Of a stretch of 64,000 nucleotides of DNA, positions 32,669 to 42,253 are shown one piece after another. The stretch is from an uncultured Pseudomonadales bacterium (lineage in GTDB: Bacteria; Patescibacteriota; Microgenomatia; UBA1400; MFAQ01): contig CAZDXN010000002.1 of the NCBI GenBank assembly GCA_964509695.1, positions 6,621-70,620 of the forward strand, given 5' to 3'. The translations under genes and the position numbers were made by a program. How positions within the stretch are numbered: the stretch's first letter is position 1; each line of letters opens with the position of its first letter. The notes beneath the pieces are model-generated. The model was not told the origin of the DNA. It saw only the letters and a list, made by a program, of their open reading frames with translations, and searched no databases.

Positions 32669-33178
32669 TCAGGACGATCGTTTTGGTTTGATTGTGGCCA
32701 GCATGAGCTTGCCAAGCATTTTTGGTTCTTGCTCGATTGAACTTATATCAGCAAGACTTTCTAAGGCTTTAGCCATGATTTTTTCACCGAATTCCTTTTT
32801 GGTGATTTCACGACCCTTGAATTTTACCACGAGGCGGACTTTATCGCCATTCTTGAGGAATTCCTTGACGCGGTTGAGTTTGATAAAAAGGTCGTTTTCG
32901 GCCATAAATGGATGAAGAATGATCTCTTTGGTTTCTTGAGCGGAGGCGGCTCCGGCACGGTCCTTTTTGTTTTCTTGGTATTTGAACTTGGAAAACTCGA
33001 TTAGTTTGACTACCGGTGGACTAGCCTTTTCGGCTACCTCAACGACGTCAACACCCAGAACCTTGGCTTTTTCGAGAGCCTCTTTTAGGGTCATGACCCC
33101 GAGTTGAGCGCTGTCTTGACCGATAACCCGAACAGTTTCGGATTTAATATATTGATTGATGCGGTGAAATTTTCCCAA
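32669..33178 (-). CDS. infC: translation initiation factor IF-3; start codon uncertain, as infC often uses an atypical start
   Basis: INQYIKSETVRVIG...LGVDVVEV... and a C-terminal domain GDKVRLVVKFKGRE. Confidence 0.9.
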   Translation of the reverse strand: MGKFHRINQYIKSETVRVIGQDSAQLGVMTLKEALEKAKVLGVDVVEVAEKASPPVVKLIEFSKFKYQENKKDRAGAASAQETKEIILHPFMAENDLFIKLNRVKEFLKNGDKVRLVVKFKGREITKKEFGEKIMAKALESLADISSIEQEPKMLGKLMLATIKPKRSS

Positions 33179-33227
33179 GGATTTTCTTAATTTGAACTAT
33201 CTGGCCTTAATTTTAGCAAAAAAAACC

Positions 33228-34091
33228 TTAGAGGACAATCCCCTCTCGTTTTTCCTCCCCCTTGAAGGGCAAGACATACATGTCCTGACCAAAATCGCTA
33301 ATTCCAACAAACTCGGCTCGGCCGGAGACAATCTCTTCCATTGGTTGACACTGACGGCAACCGTTGGTGGGACATTTGAAGCGTTCCAATTGTCTGGCTA
33401 ACTTTATTTGCTTGGCGACCTTAAGAATCTTTGTCTCCGCTTCTTTGAGGTCCGGCAGGGTTTTTTCGGTGAGGCTATCGTTCATTTCCAGATACCAGTA
33501 ACTGGCCTTGGCCACCTTTCTCTTTTGGCAGTGGTGGACCAGAAGATGGTAGATCGGAAGTTGCATTGATTTTTCGTCCTCCTCGCTCTTGCTGGTTTTG
33601 AAATCGATGATGTGAACCGAGTCGGATTCAGAGAGGTACTCGAGCCAGTCGATTTTGCCGCAGAGAATGATATTGTCCTCCTCGGAAAGCCAGAAATAGG
33701 GCAGTTCCATGTCAATTTTTACAGCCAAATTTAATAGGGGTCCTGGGTTATCGTCGAGGCGCTTGAGCATATTTGTTCCCCGTTGTTTGTAACGATATTC
33801 AGTTTCGATGTCGAAAAAACCACCTCGGCGGCCGGTGACTTTGGTCCAGACGTTTTCGAATTTGGGGTAGAGGGGTTCATGGAAACGGTTTTTGGTAGGC
33901 AAAAAAGAGAGGGACTCGATGACTTCGTGAACGACAGAGCCCAAGGATAGAGGTGGAGACACCAGCTGAACCTTGTGATTGTTTTTGGGGTCGCGATAGA
34001 CATTTTTCAGAAAGTAGGCTCGAGGGCAGGTTAGAAAATCAGAGATCGATGAATGAGAGACCCAGGTGGCGGTGTATTTATCTTTGGCCAT
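33228..34091 (-). CDS. PD-(D/E)XK nuclease with a Cas4/AddB-like 4-Cys cluster
   Basis: N-terminal Cys in LTCPRAYFLK, GKIDWLE...IIDFKTS (D...D-x-K) and C-terminal CPTNGCRQCQ. Confidence 0.65.
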   Translation of the reverse strand: MAKDKYTATWVSHSSISDFLTCPRAYFLKNVYRDPKNNHKVQLVSPPLSLGSVVHEVIESLSFLPTKNRFHEPLYPKFENVWTKVTGRRGGFFDIETEYRYKQRGTNMLKRLDDNPGPLLNLAVKIDMELPYFWLSEEDNIILCGKIDWLEYLSESDSVHIIDFKTSKSEEDEKSMQLPIYHLLVHHCQKRKVAKASYWYLEMNDSLTEKTLPDLKEAETKILKVAKQIKLARQLERFKCPTNGCRQCQPMEEIVSGRAEFVGISDFGQDMYVLPFKGEEKREGIVL

Positions 34092-34114
34092 GAGATTACT
34101 ATAGCAGTCGGTTT

Positions 34115-35479
34115 GTGTTTGGGGTATACAATTGGAACTATATAAGAGAAATACTTAGGGCAGATCAGACGAAGATGTATCGTAGAGCAAAGGAAGTACT
34201 TCCCGGCGGGACCGACTCTAATTTTCGGGCTTGGGGCGAAAACACTGTTTATATTGATCGGGGCCGTGGTTCCCATATTTGGGATTTGGATGGCAATGAA
34301 TATATCGATTTGCGAATGGGCTATGGACCGGTGATTCTGGGGCATGCCGACGAGCGGGTTGACGACTATGTGAACGAGCGAATGCGTCGGGGGGTTAGCT
34401 TCTCACTGACATTGGAGGACGAAGTTTTGGCAATGGAACTTCTGTGTGAACTTAACGGTTGGCCGAAGAAAGCGCGGATGACCGTTTCGGGGACTGAGGC
34501 GACGATGCACGCGATGCGGGTGGCCCGGGCTGTGACCGGCAGGACGAAGATAGTCAAATTTGAGGGCCAGTACCACGGGGTTCACGATTATGCACTGGTG
34601 AGTGTGACTCCCAATCCGAATCAGATGGCTGGGTTGGGATCTATCGAGAACCCGGTTGCTTTGGCTTGGGGCCGGGGAATTCCGGAGGCGGTGACGAGAA
34701 CAATGATTCCGGCCCGGTATAACGCGCTTGATGTCTTGCACCGGATCTTTGAACGTGAGGGGAATGATATTGCCGCGATCATTGTCGAGCCGGTACTGGG
34801 CAATGCCCAAGGAATAATGCCGCAACCGGGATTTCATGAGGCGATTCGGGCATTGACGAGGGAGTTTGGGGCGCTCCTCATTTTTGATGAGGTAAAGACG
34901 GGATTTCGCTTCGGGAGAGGTGGGGCGGCTGAGTACTTTGGGATAACGCCGGATTTGGCCACCTACGCCAAGGCGATGGGCAATGGATATCCAGCGGCGG
35001 CGTTTGCCGGGACTGAGGAGGCAATGAGCGTCCTTCCGGATAAGGTGAGTCATGGTGGCACGTACGCAGGAAATCGAGTGGCGGCGGCGGCGACAGTGAA
35101 GACGCTCTCGATTCTTCGAGATACCGACGCCCTAGAAGTGATTCGGAAGACGGGTGAACAGATTCAGGCGGGTCTATCCGAAGTAATTGGGCGACGGGGG
35201 TTGCCGCACGTGTTTACCGGTCACCCCTCGATGTTTGGAATAATATTTGCCGAAAAGGCGCCGACTGAGTACCGTCAGTGGGCGGACACCGATCATGAAT
35301 TGTATGATGCGGTGGCCGTGGGGATGCATGAGCGCGGGGCGATGCCCGAGCCGGATTCGAGGGAACCGTGGTTTGTCTGCGAAGCCCACGCAAAGGGAAA
35401 TGATGTTGACCAAATTGTGTCAATTTTTGCCCAGTCTCTCGACGCGGCACTTGAGAGTCGGGTCCGTAGTCGGATGTAG
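34115..35479 (+). CDS. class III PLP aminotransferase (glutamate-1-semialdehyde aminomutase-like); start codon uncertain
   Basis: SGTEATMHAMRVARAVTGR, and FDEVKTGFR with the PLP lysine. Noticeably GC-richer than its neighbours. Confidence 0.8.
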   Translation: MFGVYNWNYIREILRADQTKMYRRAKEVLPGGTDSNFRAWGENTVYIDRGRGSHIWDLDGNEYIDLRMGYGPVILGHADERVDDYVNERMRRGVSFSLTLEDEVLAMELLCELNGWPKKARMTVSGTEATMHAMRVARAVTGRTKIVKFEGQYHGVHDYALVSVTPNPNQMAGLGSIENPVALAWGRGIPEAVTRTMIPARYNALDVLHRIFEREGNDIAAIIVEPVLGNAQGIMPQPGFHEAIRALTREFGALLIFDEVKTGFRFGRGGAAEYFGITPDLATYAKAMGNGYPAAAFAGTEEAMSVLPDKVSHGGTYAGNRVAAAATVKTLSILRDTDALEVIRKTGEQIQAGLSEVIGRRGLPHVFTGHPSMFGIIFAEKAPTEYRQWADTDHELYDAVAVGMHERGAMPEPDSREPWFVCEAHAKGNDVDQIVSIFAQSLDAALESRVRSRM

Positions 35480-35484
35480 TGATT

Positions 35485-35560
35485 TGGTGGGCCCGATTGG
35501 ATTCGAACCAATGACCTTTTCAATGTCAATGAAACGCGCTACCAACTGCGCCACGGTCCC
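35485..35560 (-). tRNA. tRNA-Val (anticodon GAC), CCA encoded
   Basis: Hand-folded cloverleaf: GGGACCG/TG/GCGC-AGTTGGTA-GCGC/G/TTTCA-TTGACAT-TGAAA/AGGTC/ATTGG-TTCGAAT-CCAAT/CGGGCCC/A/CCA. One A:G mismatch at 4:69. Confidence 0.8.
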
Positions 35561-35716
35561 TTCAGGACATATATTTTACAATTAAAGCCTTGATTTGCCT
35601 ACCAACACCTGTTTTATAGAACTTTTACTGAATACATTATCTTTCCCTACCTCCGCCAAAGAAGGAACTTGGATAACCTCTGAGGTTGTCCGACTTACAG
35701 TCAGAAAGAAAAGATT

Positions 35717-35752
35717 TGTATAAATTGCTTCACGAATACGTTCGCAATGACG
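35717..35752. repeat. degenerate unit of the hairpin-AATGAC repeat family
   Basis: tgtataaattgcttca-cgaa-tacg-ttcg-caatgacg. Compare 6464-6497. Confidence 0.4.
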
Positions 35753-35759
35753 TGGGAGT

Positions 35760-36326
35760 TTAACCTGCTGATCGGGAGGTGGAGTGTTCACCGCTCATCA
35801 TGTAGGAAGTACCACCCTTTTTGGTGTTTTCCCAGAAGGCGCCACCTTTTTGGGCAGAGCGTTTTTTGAAAACAGAGAGCCAAGAGTTGGCTTCGGTGAC
35901 GTTTTTCCTGATCAGAGCGATGATTTGTTTGATGTGTTCGAAGAAGGAGACGTGATAAATACCCGGAGTGACAACTTGGGCTTGAATCGCACCAGTGACA
36001 TTCTGGTCATACTTGACGATCTGTTTGGCAAGGGCCTGAAGTTCGTGTCTAATTTCCTCAATTTGCTTCTCAATTTGCTTGTCTTTGGCGGAGTAAACCT
36101 GCTCCCATTCTTTGAGCCGGGCTTGGTGAAACTGGGCAACACGCTGTTTCTCGACTTCTTTTTGGCGGTTAAATTCGGCGAAGGGATTGGCACCAAAGGG
36201 AGATTCAAAGCGATTCCCCATCGGGGATGCCTGATTGTTCTTTAGGGTCTCGAGGAAGTTGTTGACCTTGGGAAAGGTGGATTTTGTGCTGGAGCTGGTT
36301 TTGCTAGTACTGCCTAATTGGTTCAT
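35760..36326 (-). CDS. hypothetical coiled-coil protein
   Basis: 188-aa ORF with a Ser/Thr-rich N-terminus and a charged coiled-coil centre (KQIEKQIEEIRHELQALAKQI). No catalytic motif recognised. Confidence 0.5.
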   Translation of the reverse strand: MNQLGSTSKTSSSTKSTFPKVNNFLETLKNNQASPMGNRFESPFGANPFAEFNRQKEVEKQRVAQFHQARLKEWEQVYSAKDKQIEKQIEEIRHELQALAKQIVKYDQNVTGAIQAQVVTPGIYHVSFFEHIKQIIALIRKNVTEANSWLSVFKKRSAQKGGAFWENTKKGGTSYMMSGEHSTSRSAG

Positions 36327-36340
36327 GCTGTCCTATAATA

Positions 36341-37132
36341 TCAAAGTTTTAAGAGGGTGTCAACGGCCTTGCGTTTCAGGAGAATGCTTTCGAGATACGG
36401 TCGGTTCTCGGTTTTGACATCGGCGGCTCCCTGAAGTGATTTTACCTCATCTTCTGATACTGTCAATTTCATGTCCTTGGCAATGGCAAAAAGGAGAAAG
36501 TCGAGTGTCAGACTCTCGGTGGCGGTCTTTTGATACTCTTCCCGAAGCTGTTCCGCGGTCCTGTTTATAGATTTGAGATAGTCGGTGACGGACAAATTTA
36601 GAGTTTCGGTTTGACTGACGAGACGGCCGAGGGAGCGGTTCACTTCTTCGCTAACAAGGGCTTCGGGGATGTCCATTTTGACTGAGTTGAGGAGGGTGTC
36701 GAAAACAAGCTTGAGTTTTTTGTCGTCGTTTTCCGACTTGGCCTTGGCGATGGCGACCGTGATTTTGGTCTGATAATCCCCTAGTTCGAATTCGGGATAG
36801 AGAGGAAATTCGAGGGTAAAAATCCAATCGGGTTTACTTGTATCTTCTTTGGTGAGGTGGGGGTTGGCGATTACTTTGAGTTTCAAGTCCTTGACGGCTT
36901 GATCAATGGCGTGTCCCAGAAGATGGGTTATGGTTTTTTCTTTTAATCTCTGTGGGTCAAGGCTGTTTTTGACGAGATTTAGTGGCGCTTTTCCCTTGCG
37001 GAAGCCTTTGACGGTAGTTTCTTCTGCGAGGTGGGCCAGAGTGTGCTGTAGTTGCTGCTCGACCTCTTTACTGGGGACGATGATAGTTACAATTGCGGTG
37101 CTTTTTTCTTGTTTCTCGAGTTTGATTTCCAT
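36341..37132 (-). CDS. tig: trigger factor, short form (ribosome-binding N domain plus C domain, no obvious PPIase domain)
   Basis: TF signature VKGFRKGKAP in the N domain. 263 aa. Confidence 0.7.
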   Translation of the reverse strand: MEIKLEKQEKSTAIVTIIVPSKEVEQQLQHTLAHLAEETTVKGFRKGKAPLNLVKNSLDPQRLKEKTITHLLGHAIDQAVKDLKLKVIANPHLTKEDTSKPDWIFTLEFPLYPEFELGDYQTKITVAIAKAKSENDDKKLKLVFDTLLNSVKMDIPEALVSEEVNRSLGRLVSQTETLNLSVTDYLKSINRTAEQLREEYQKTATESLTLDFLLFAIAKDMKLTVSEDEVKSLQGAADVKTENRPYLESILLKRKAVDTLLKL

Positions 37133-37140
37133 GCAGGCGA

Positions 37141-38889
37141 TTATACAGTAAGTATTTGAGCTGTTAAAATATGAGGGCTAAGCCGAGGTGGCGAAATTGG
37201 CAGACGCGCATGGTTTAGGACCATGTGGGGAAACCCTTGGAGGTTCAAGTCCTCTCCTCGGCACAATAGAGTACTTTTTAAGTAGCTTTTCAAATTATCC
37301 CGATTTGACGAGCTATTTTTAGGTTCAAGCGGTCCATTTTTATCATTACTACCTTTTGCAACCTCTTTTAACTTCAAAAAGATAAATCTAGGCTGATATT
37401 CAAGTTTTTGATCTAGTAAGATCGGGTTCAAGCCGATTGCCTTGAATATCACTTTTTTGTCCTCAGAATCGCCAGATTCAAACCGTTCTTTAGCAAGTAA
37501 CGCAAACTCAAAGGAGTCTTTGGCGACTTCAGACCAATCATCACCGTTATTATTTGCTTGGGCTAATTGTCTGGCAATTTGCTCTTTCTCCATCATAAGC
37601 TCGCGTTTTCTGTCGGCAAACTCCGAGTCAGATAGGAGGCTTCCGTCATTCTCGGGTGAGATCTTCAGGGCGATCAGATTGTCGATCCTGCGATTTACAC
37701 CATCCAAGGCGCTTTGGAGGGCTTCTAAGCTGGTTTTGTTAACCTCCTGATACTTATCCTTCGTTTCATCGAGTGCTTCATAAGCCCAGTCGATAAATTC
37801 TTTATCTTCAATCTCAAAGTGAGACAAATCACTCGAAAACTGACCTTCAAGCTTGGAGGTTGATATGTAGGGCTGACTGCATTTTATTTCACCCTTTTTT
37901 GTACAGCTATAGTAACCAAATATTTGCTCCGTTCCATTCTTATATTTCTTTTTATGTTCTTGGGCTGTAATGCAGTAATGACACTCGCCACATTTCATGA
38001 TGCCATTGAGAGCAAAATCATGTTTTTGCAATCTGGCCTTGGATCTTCCATCTAAAATATCTTGCAATAAGTTGAATTCCGCGTCGGTAATCATGGCTTG
38101 ATGTTGCCCTTGATAGAGTTTGCCGTTATAAATAAATCTGCCGGTGTAAAACGGATCACGCAATATTCGGTGCATCCAACTTTTCACAATAGGTTTACCA
38201 GATTTAGTACTCCGTATTCCGAGGATCTTGGCTTCCCGCATGAGCGCTTCAACGCTATAGTTGCCAGTTAGTGCTAGGTCAAATAACTTTCTCATGAGCG
38301 GAAAGTACACAGGATGAGGTGATATGTCTCTTAAGCCTTGCGGTTTCTCATGGTTATTTCTATATCCTGGTCTCGCTTTGCCCGGAAATACGCCTCGTTC
38401 TGCTTTAAGTTTTAACGCCTCAGTTACATTGACGCTTTTATTGTCGTTTTCAAGCTTGGCCTGCGTACACAGCAGGTTAAGCATAAATTTATCGCTTGGA
38501 TTATTCCGAAATGACTGATATGGGGTCACGACTTCGAGTAACTTGCCTTGATCCATTAGATAAATGATGCGACCGGTATCCACAGTATTTCTGGATAAAC
38601 GAGATGGATTAAGCAGTACGATAGTATTTACGTCTCCGTCCTCGATCATTTGTATGAGTTTTCCAAATACTGGCCTACCTGGGACTTTTGCTGTTCGTTG
38701 CTCTTGCAAGGGTTCACCAATAAGTTCCACGCCTCGCTGTTTTATGAGTGAAGTCAGGTTTGTTATTTGATCTGGAAGCGATTGGATTTGTCGTTCATCT
38801 GACTCACTACTTTTACGACAATACATCATGTAGCGTGGTGACACAGGAAGTTGTGTATTGTTTTGATTTTTATATTCTGTCAGACGCAT
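37141..38889 (-). CDS. large serine recombinase (integrase); start placed at the Met preceded by AAGGAG
   Basis: Resolvase domain YCRKSSESDERQ (catalytic Ser) and NPSRLSRN. Recombinase domain, zinc ribbon CGECHYC...YYSC and a C-terminal coiled coil. The last roughly 40 codons run antisense through tRNA-Leu. Confidence 0.85.
   Translation of the reverse strand: MRLTEYKNQNNTQLPVSPRYMMYCRKSSESDERQIQSLPDQITNLTSLIKQRGVELIGEPLQEQRTAKVPGRPVFGKLIQMIEDGDVNTIVLLNPSRLSRNTVDTGRIIYLMDQGKLLEVVTPYQSFRNNPSDKFMLNLLCTQAKLENDNKSVNVTEALKLKAERGVFPGKARPGYRNNHEKPQGLRDISPHPVYFPLMRKLFDLALTGNYSVEALMREAKILGIRSTKSGKPIVKSWMHRILRDPFYTGRFIYNGKLYQGQHQAMITDAEFNLLQDILDGRSKARLQKHDFALNGIMKCGECHYCITAQEHKKKYKNGTEQIFGYYSCTKKGEIKCSQPYISTSKLEGQFSSDLSHFEIEDKEFIDWAYEALDETKDKYQEVNKTSLEALQSALDGVNRRIDNLIALKISPENDGSLLSDSEFADRKRELMMEKEQIARQLAQANNNGDDWSEVAKDSFEFALLAKERFESGDSEDKKVIFKAIGLNPILLDQKLEYQPRFIFLKLKEVAKGSNDKNGPLEPKNSSSNRDNLKSYLKSTLLCRGEDLNLQGFPHMVLNHARLPISPPRLSPHILTAQILTV
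37182..37263 (+). tRNA. tRNA-Leu (anticodon UAG), class II long variable arm, no encoded CCA
   Basis: GCCGAGG/TG/GCG-AAATTGGCAGA-CGC/G/CATGG-TTTAGGA-CCATG/TGGGGAAACCCTT/GGAGG-TTCAAGT-CCTCT/CCTCGGC/A. Acceptor stem perfect. Confidence 0.9.
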
Positions 38890-39079
38890 AAGTACTCCTT
38901 TCTTCAATCTCGGCATTATTCCGTTTATTCTGTGAACGCTTCTGCTTTGGTCTGATAAGAACTTCCATCATGTTGAGAAAATGATTTGCCAATTCGGTTG
39001 CCTCCTCATCGTTGAGAGTGATTTCATATTTGTCTTTATATAGCTTCTTAAACTTATCTAAATACTCTTTACTAATCAT
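38870..39079 (-). CDS. small hypothetical protein upstream of, and overlapping, the recombinase start
   Basis: MISKEYLDKFKKLYKDKYEITLNDEEATELANHF... Operon position suggests an excision/directionality-type accessory role, which is inference only. Confidence 0.35.
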   Translation of the reverse strand: MISKEYLDKFKKLYKDKYEITLNDEEATELANHFLNMMEVLIRPKQKRSQNKRNNAEIEERSTYASDRI

Positions 39080-39101
39080 GGCTGTACTCTTAAATAAACT
39101 A

Positions 39102-39178
39102 CAACTATAGTTACAGAATAGCAATTATAGTTGCAGTTGTCAAGCGTTTTTCAAGGCTAAATTACAACTATAGCTATA
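39102..39178. promoter_or_regulatory. three copies of a palindromic operator-like motif in a divergent promoter region
   Basis: CAACTATAGTTACAG (39102), CAATTATAGTTGCAG (39122) and CAACTATAGCTATAG (39164). AACTATAGTT is a perfect palindrome. Confidence 0.5.
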
Positions 39179-39198
39179 GTGAATTTTAGGCACAATAA

Positions 39199-39495
39199 AT
39201 GTCCTATAACTTGATGAAAATGAGATTCTTTGATAAACTATCGTCAAATTACGAGTGCTATACTACGATTATGAATATGATTCCAGATGAAAAAAGTCAA
39301 AAGGCTTTCGGCAAAAACTTGAGATTAGTAAGAGAGGATAAAAACCTCTCTCAAGAAGAAGTCGCAACGCTGAGTAAAATTTCTACCACGCACTACGCAG
39401 GTATCGAACGCGGGGAAGAAAATCCCACTTTTTCAGTGATCGAAAGCATCTGTAAAACACTCAAAATCAAGTCTTCTCAAGTGCTTCCATTTTAA
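39199..39495 (+). CDS. XRE-family helix-turn-helix regulator; the true start may be the internal MNMIPDEK
   Basis: FGKNLRLVREDKNLSQEEVATLSKISTTHYAGIERGEENPTFSVIESICKTL. Confidence 0.8.
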   Translation: MSYNLMKMRFFDKLSSNYECYTTIMNMIPDEKSQKAFGKNLRLVREDKNLSQEEVATLSKISTTHYAGIERGEENPTFSVIESICKTLKIKSSQVLPF

Positions 39496-39559
39496 TTTTT
39501 GCTCACAGGGGAAACTTCCTGTATACTCTCAACTAAATCCTGCCTATTAAGGTCGGATT

Positions 39560-42151
39560 ATGCCAAATATAACCATCTTCCATTCAGTTATCTTCAATTA
39601 CGTAACATCTTTCCTTGTTTCTTTGAGTCCCTACATTGTTCCGTTAAAGGTAGTGCTTCTGGCTCTATTGTTTCTGTATGGTTGTTATCAATTATTCCGG
39701 ATCTATCTGATTACCAAGCAGCTAAAAGAGAAAAGTATTCTTTTTGAACTCCAACCACTCAAGAACACTGAGCAATCTTCCTATACCACTCAACAGTTAT
39801 TTGCCATTTTACATGGACTGGCCAAACAACGCACATTTTTGCACAGATTTTTTGATGTCACTAAAAACTACGCTTTCGAAATCGTCTCTACTAAAGATGG
39901 AGGTATCACGTATTACACCCGCATTGGTGAAGATGAGGCTGATTTGGTTAAAAAAACGCTACTATCATACTTGCCGGGAATCAGTGTTAAAGAAACAACT
40001 GATTATCTCGAGCAACTCACAAACCAGCACAAACGAATTTCAAACTATAAACTTGCCGGACATTTTGCCTACCCGCTCAAGCATCAGGACGATTTAACAC
40101 TCCACGATCCGATAGCCTATCTCACGGGTAGCATGACCAAGCTTAGCGAAGATGACTTGATTGCTTTTCAGGTAGTACTCTCACCGCTTCGCAAATCTAC
40201 TCTTTCCGCCGTTTCGCGCATTTCACATCTGATTTATTCAGGTAAAGATTTAGTCTCAAATATTCGTGATGAAGCCAGCTCAAATCCTTTTACGGCAGTA
40301 CTCAAGCTAATATTTCTCCTTATTGTCCGAATTGTTATGCTCCCGATCGGCATTCTGGTATTTATTGCCACAGATGGTCGGGAAGGTCCGGTGTTACGAC
40401 TTCCCACAGACCAATTACCACTAAAAACCATAAATCCGTACCAGCAGGAATTAGAACAAATGGTAAAGGGTAAGCTCGATCAACAGCTCTTTACTACCTC
40501 GATTCGTCTGATGGTAGCAAGTAATAACTACTCTGAACTGCGAAGGCGGGAGCGTGGTTTTCAGTCTGCCTTATCAACCTTGAATAATTCAGAATATCAG
40601 GCACTTGTCCCATCGTTTCGCTTACGAGTAAAATTCTTTGACCAAATAATGGAAGCTGTTTACAAACTGCGTATATTACTTCCTACTAGATCATTTATTC
40701 TCTCAGCTACTGAAATCTCCGATCTATATCACTTTCCCTATACCAGTACGACCAAAACTGAGGATTTGCTCAAGCAACATAGCAAAGAACTTCCGGCACC
40801 TCTTTCACTCAAACAAAAAACTGCTCTCGATATTTATTTTGCTAAAAATACCTATGGTGGGACTGAAACCAAAATTGGACTAACTGCTGATGAGAGAAGA
40901 AGGCATGTCTATATTCTTGGAGCTACCGGAACTGGTAAATCTACGATGCTGTTATCGATGATTAAACAGGATGTCGATAACAACAAAGGCTTGTGTGTTG
41001 TCGATCCCCACGGTGATTTGATCGAGCAAATAATCTCCGTCATTTCTCGGGATCGCATTGCTGATGTCGTTTACTTTAACCCCGATGACATTGGCTATCC
41101 GATGGGAATTAATTTACTTGAGTTAACCCCAGGACTGAGTGAAGAGGATACAATCCGCGAGAAAGAATTTATTGCCGAAAGTATTATTTCCGTCTTTCAT
41201 AAAATCTACTCCGATAAGTATTCCGGCCCTCGTATGGAGTACATCCTGAGAAATACTATCCATACGGCCTTTACGATTCCTGACGCAACACTATTTACCA
41301 TATACAAACTTCTTATAAATACTCACTTCAGAACGTCTGTTGTACGGAACCTTACAGACGAAAACCTCAAGGACTTCTGGAACTACGAGTTCAAAAAAGC
41401 CGGAGATTACCAAAAGGTAAAAATGATTTCCCCCATTACCAACAAAATTGGGCGGTTTCTGTTTTCGCCAACTGCCAAGAGAATACTTGAACAAGGTAAG
41501 TCTACGATTAACTTTGATACGATTATGAACGAAGGTAAAATCCTGCTCTGTAATCTTTCCAAAGGCAAGATTGGAGAGGACAATTCGGAAGTCTTTGGAG
41601 TACTTATTATGGCCAAAATCCAATTGGCCGCCTTAAAGAGAGCCAGGATGAAACAGGAAGATAGAAAAGACTTCTATTTGTATGTTGATGAGTTCCAGAA
41701 CTTTGCTACACCTGCATTCGCTCAAATCCTCTCAGAAGCTCGTAAATACAGATTAGGTGCGATTCTTGCTCATCAAACTACCTCACAGCTCGAAGATATA
41801 TCGCTGGTAAACATTACCCTGGCTAACACCGGAACAGTCATTTGCTTTAGGACGGCTAACCCAGAGGACGAGCGGGTGATCTTGCCACAATTTAGGCCAT
41901 ATGTTGAACAAGGTGAAATTGCCAGTCTACCCTCATATCACTTTTATATGAGACTTGGGGCACTTAATCCTGAAGAGCCGTTTTCTGGCTCAACAATTCC
42001 AGTTAAGATCGAATACAGTCAAAATAGGATGAATGAGGTTATTGAATCGTCGAGAAAATTGTACGCAAAAAAATTCACTCAATCAGTTGAACAATCCAGA
42101 AAATCACAAGAAAAACAGACTTCTAAGAGGGTATATTCTGCTGTTCCATAA
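39560..42151 (+). CDS. type IV secretion coupling protein (VirD4/TraD/TraG-like ATPase)
   Basis: N-terminal TM helices, Walker A ILGATGTGKST, Walker B FYLYVDEFQNF, and LAHQTTSQL. Confidence 0.85.
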   Translation: MPNITIFHSVIFNYVTSFLVSLSPYIVPLKVVLLALLFLYGCYQLFRIYLITKQLKEKSILFELQPLKNTEQSSYTTQQLFAILHGLAKQRTFLHRFFDVTKNYAFEIVSTKDGGITYYTRIGEDEADLVKKTLLSYLPGISVKETTDYLEQLTNQHKRISNYKLAGHFAYPLKHQDDLTLHDPIAYLTGSMTKLSEDDLIAFQVVLSPLRKSTLSAVSRISHLIYSGKDLVSNIRDEASSNPFTAVLKLIFLLIVRIVMLPIGILVFIATDGREGPVLRLPTDQLPLKTINPYQQELEQMVKGKLDQQLFTTSIRLMVASNNYSELRRRERGFQSALSTLNNSEYQALVPSFRLRVKFFDQIMEAVYKLRILLPTRSFILSATEISDLYHFPYTSTTKTEDLLKQHSKELPAPLSLKQKTALDIYFAKNTYGGTETKIGLTADERRRHVYILGATGTGKSTMLLSMIKQDVDNNKGLCVVDPHGDLIEQIISVISRDRIADVVYFNPDDIGYPMGINLLELTPGLSEEDTIREKEFIAESIISVFHKIYSDKYSGPRMEYILRNTIHTAFTIPDATLFTIYKLLINTHFRTSVVRNLTDENLKDFWNYEFKKAGDYQKVKMISPITNKIGRFLFSPTAKRILEQGKSTINFDTIMNEGKILLCNLSKGKIGEDNSEVFGVLIMAKIQLAALKRARMKQEDRKDFYLYVDEFQNFATPAFAQILSEARKYRLGAILAHQTTSQLEDISLVNITLANTGTVICFRTANPEDERVILPQFRPYVEQGEIASLPSYHFYMRLGALNPEEPFSGSTIPVKIEYSQNRMNEVIESSRKLYAKKFTQSVEQSRKSQEKQTSKRVYSAVP

Positions 42152-42181
42152 TTAGCCTACCGGTAGGTTAATTCTTTTTTT
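42152..42181 (+). terminator. rho-independent terminator after the coupling-protein gene
   Basis: ttagcctacc/ggtaggttaa near-perfect palindrome followed by ttcttttttt. Confidence 0.6.
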
Positions 42182-42253
42182 AGTTTAGACCGATAGATAG
42201 GCATTTTCTATTTTTACTTTTACCTCTTATTCCTTATATATAAGGGAAGAGAA

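Noticed and set aside
35582-35791. 69-aa minus-strand ORF between tRNA-Val and the coiled-coil protein gene
   Set aside because: It has no RBS or motif support, overlaps a degenerate hairpin repeat and the 3' end of the neighbouring gene, and is likely non-coding.
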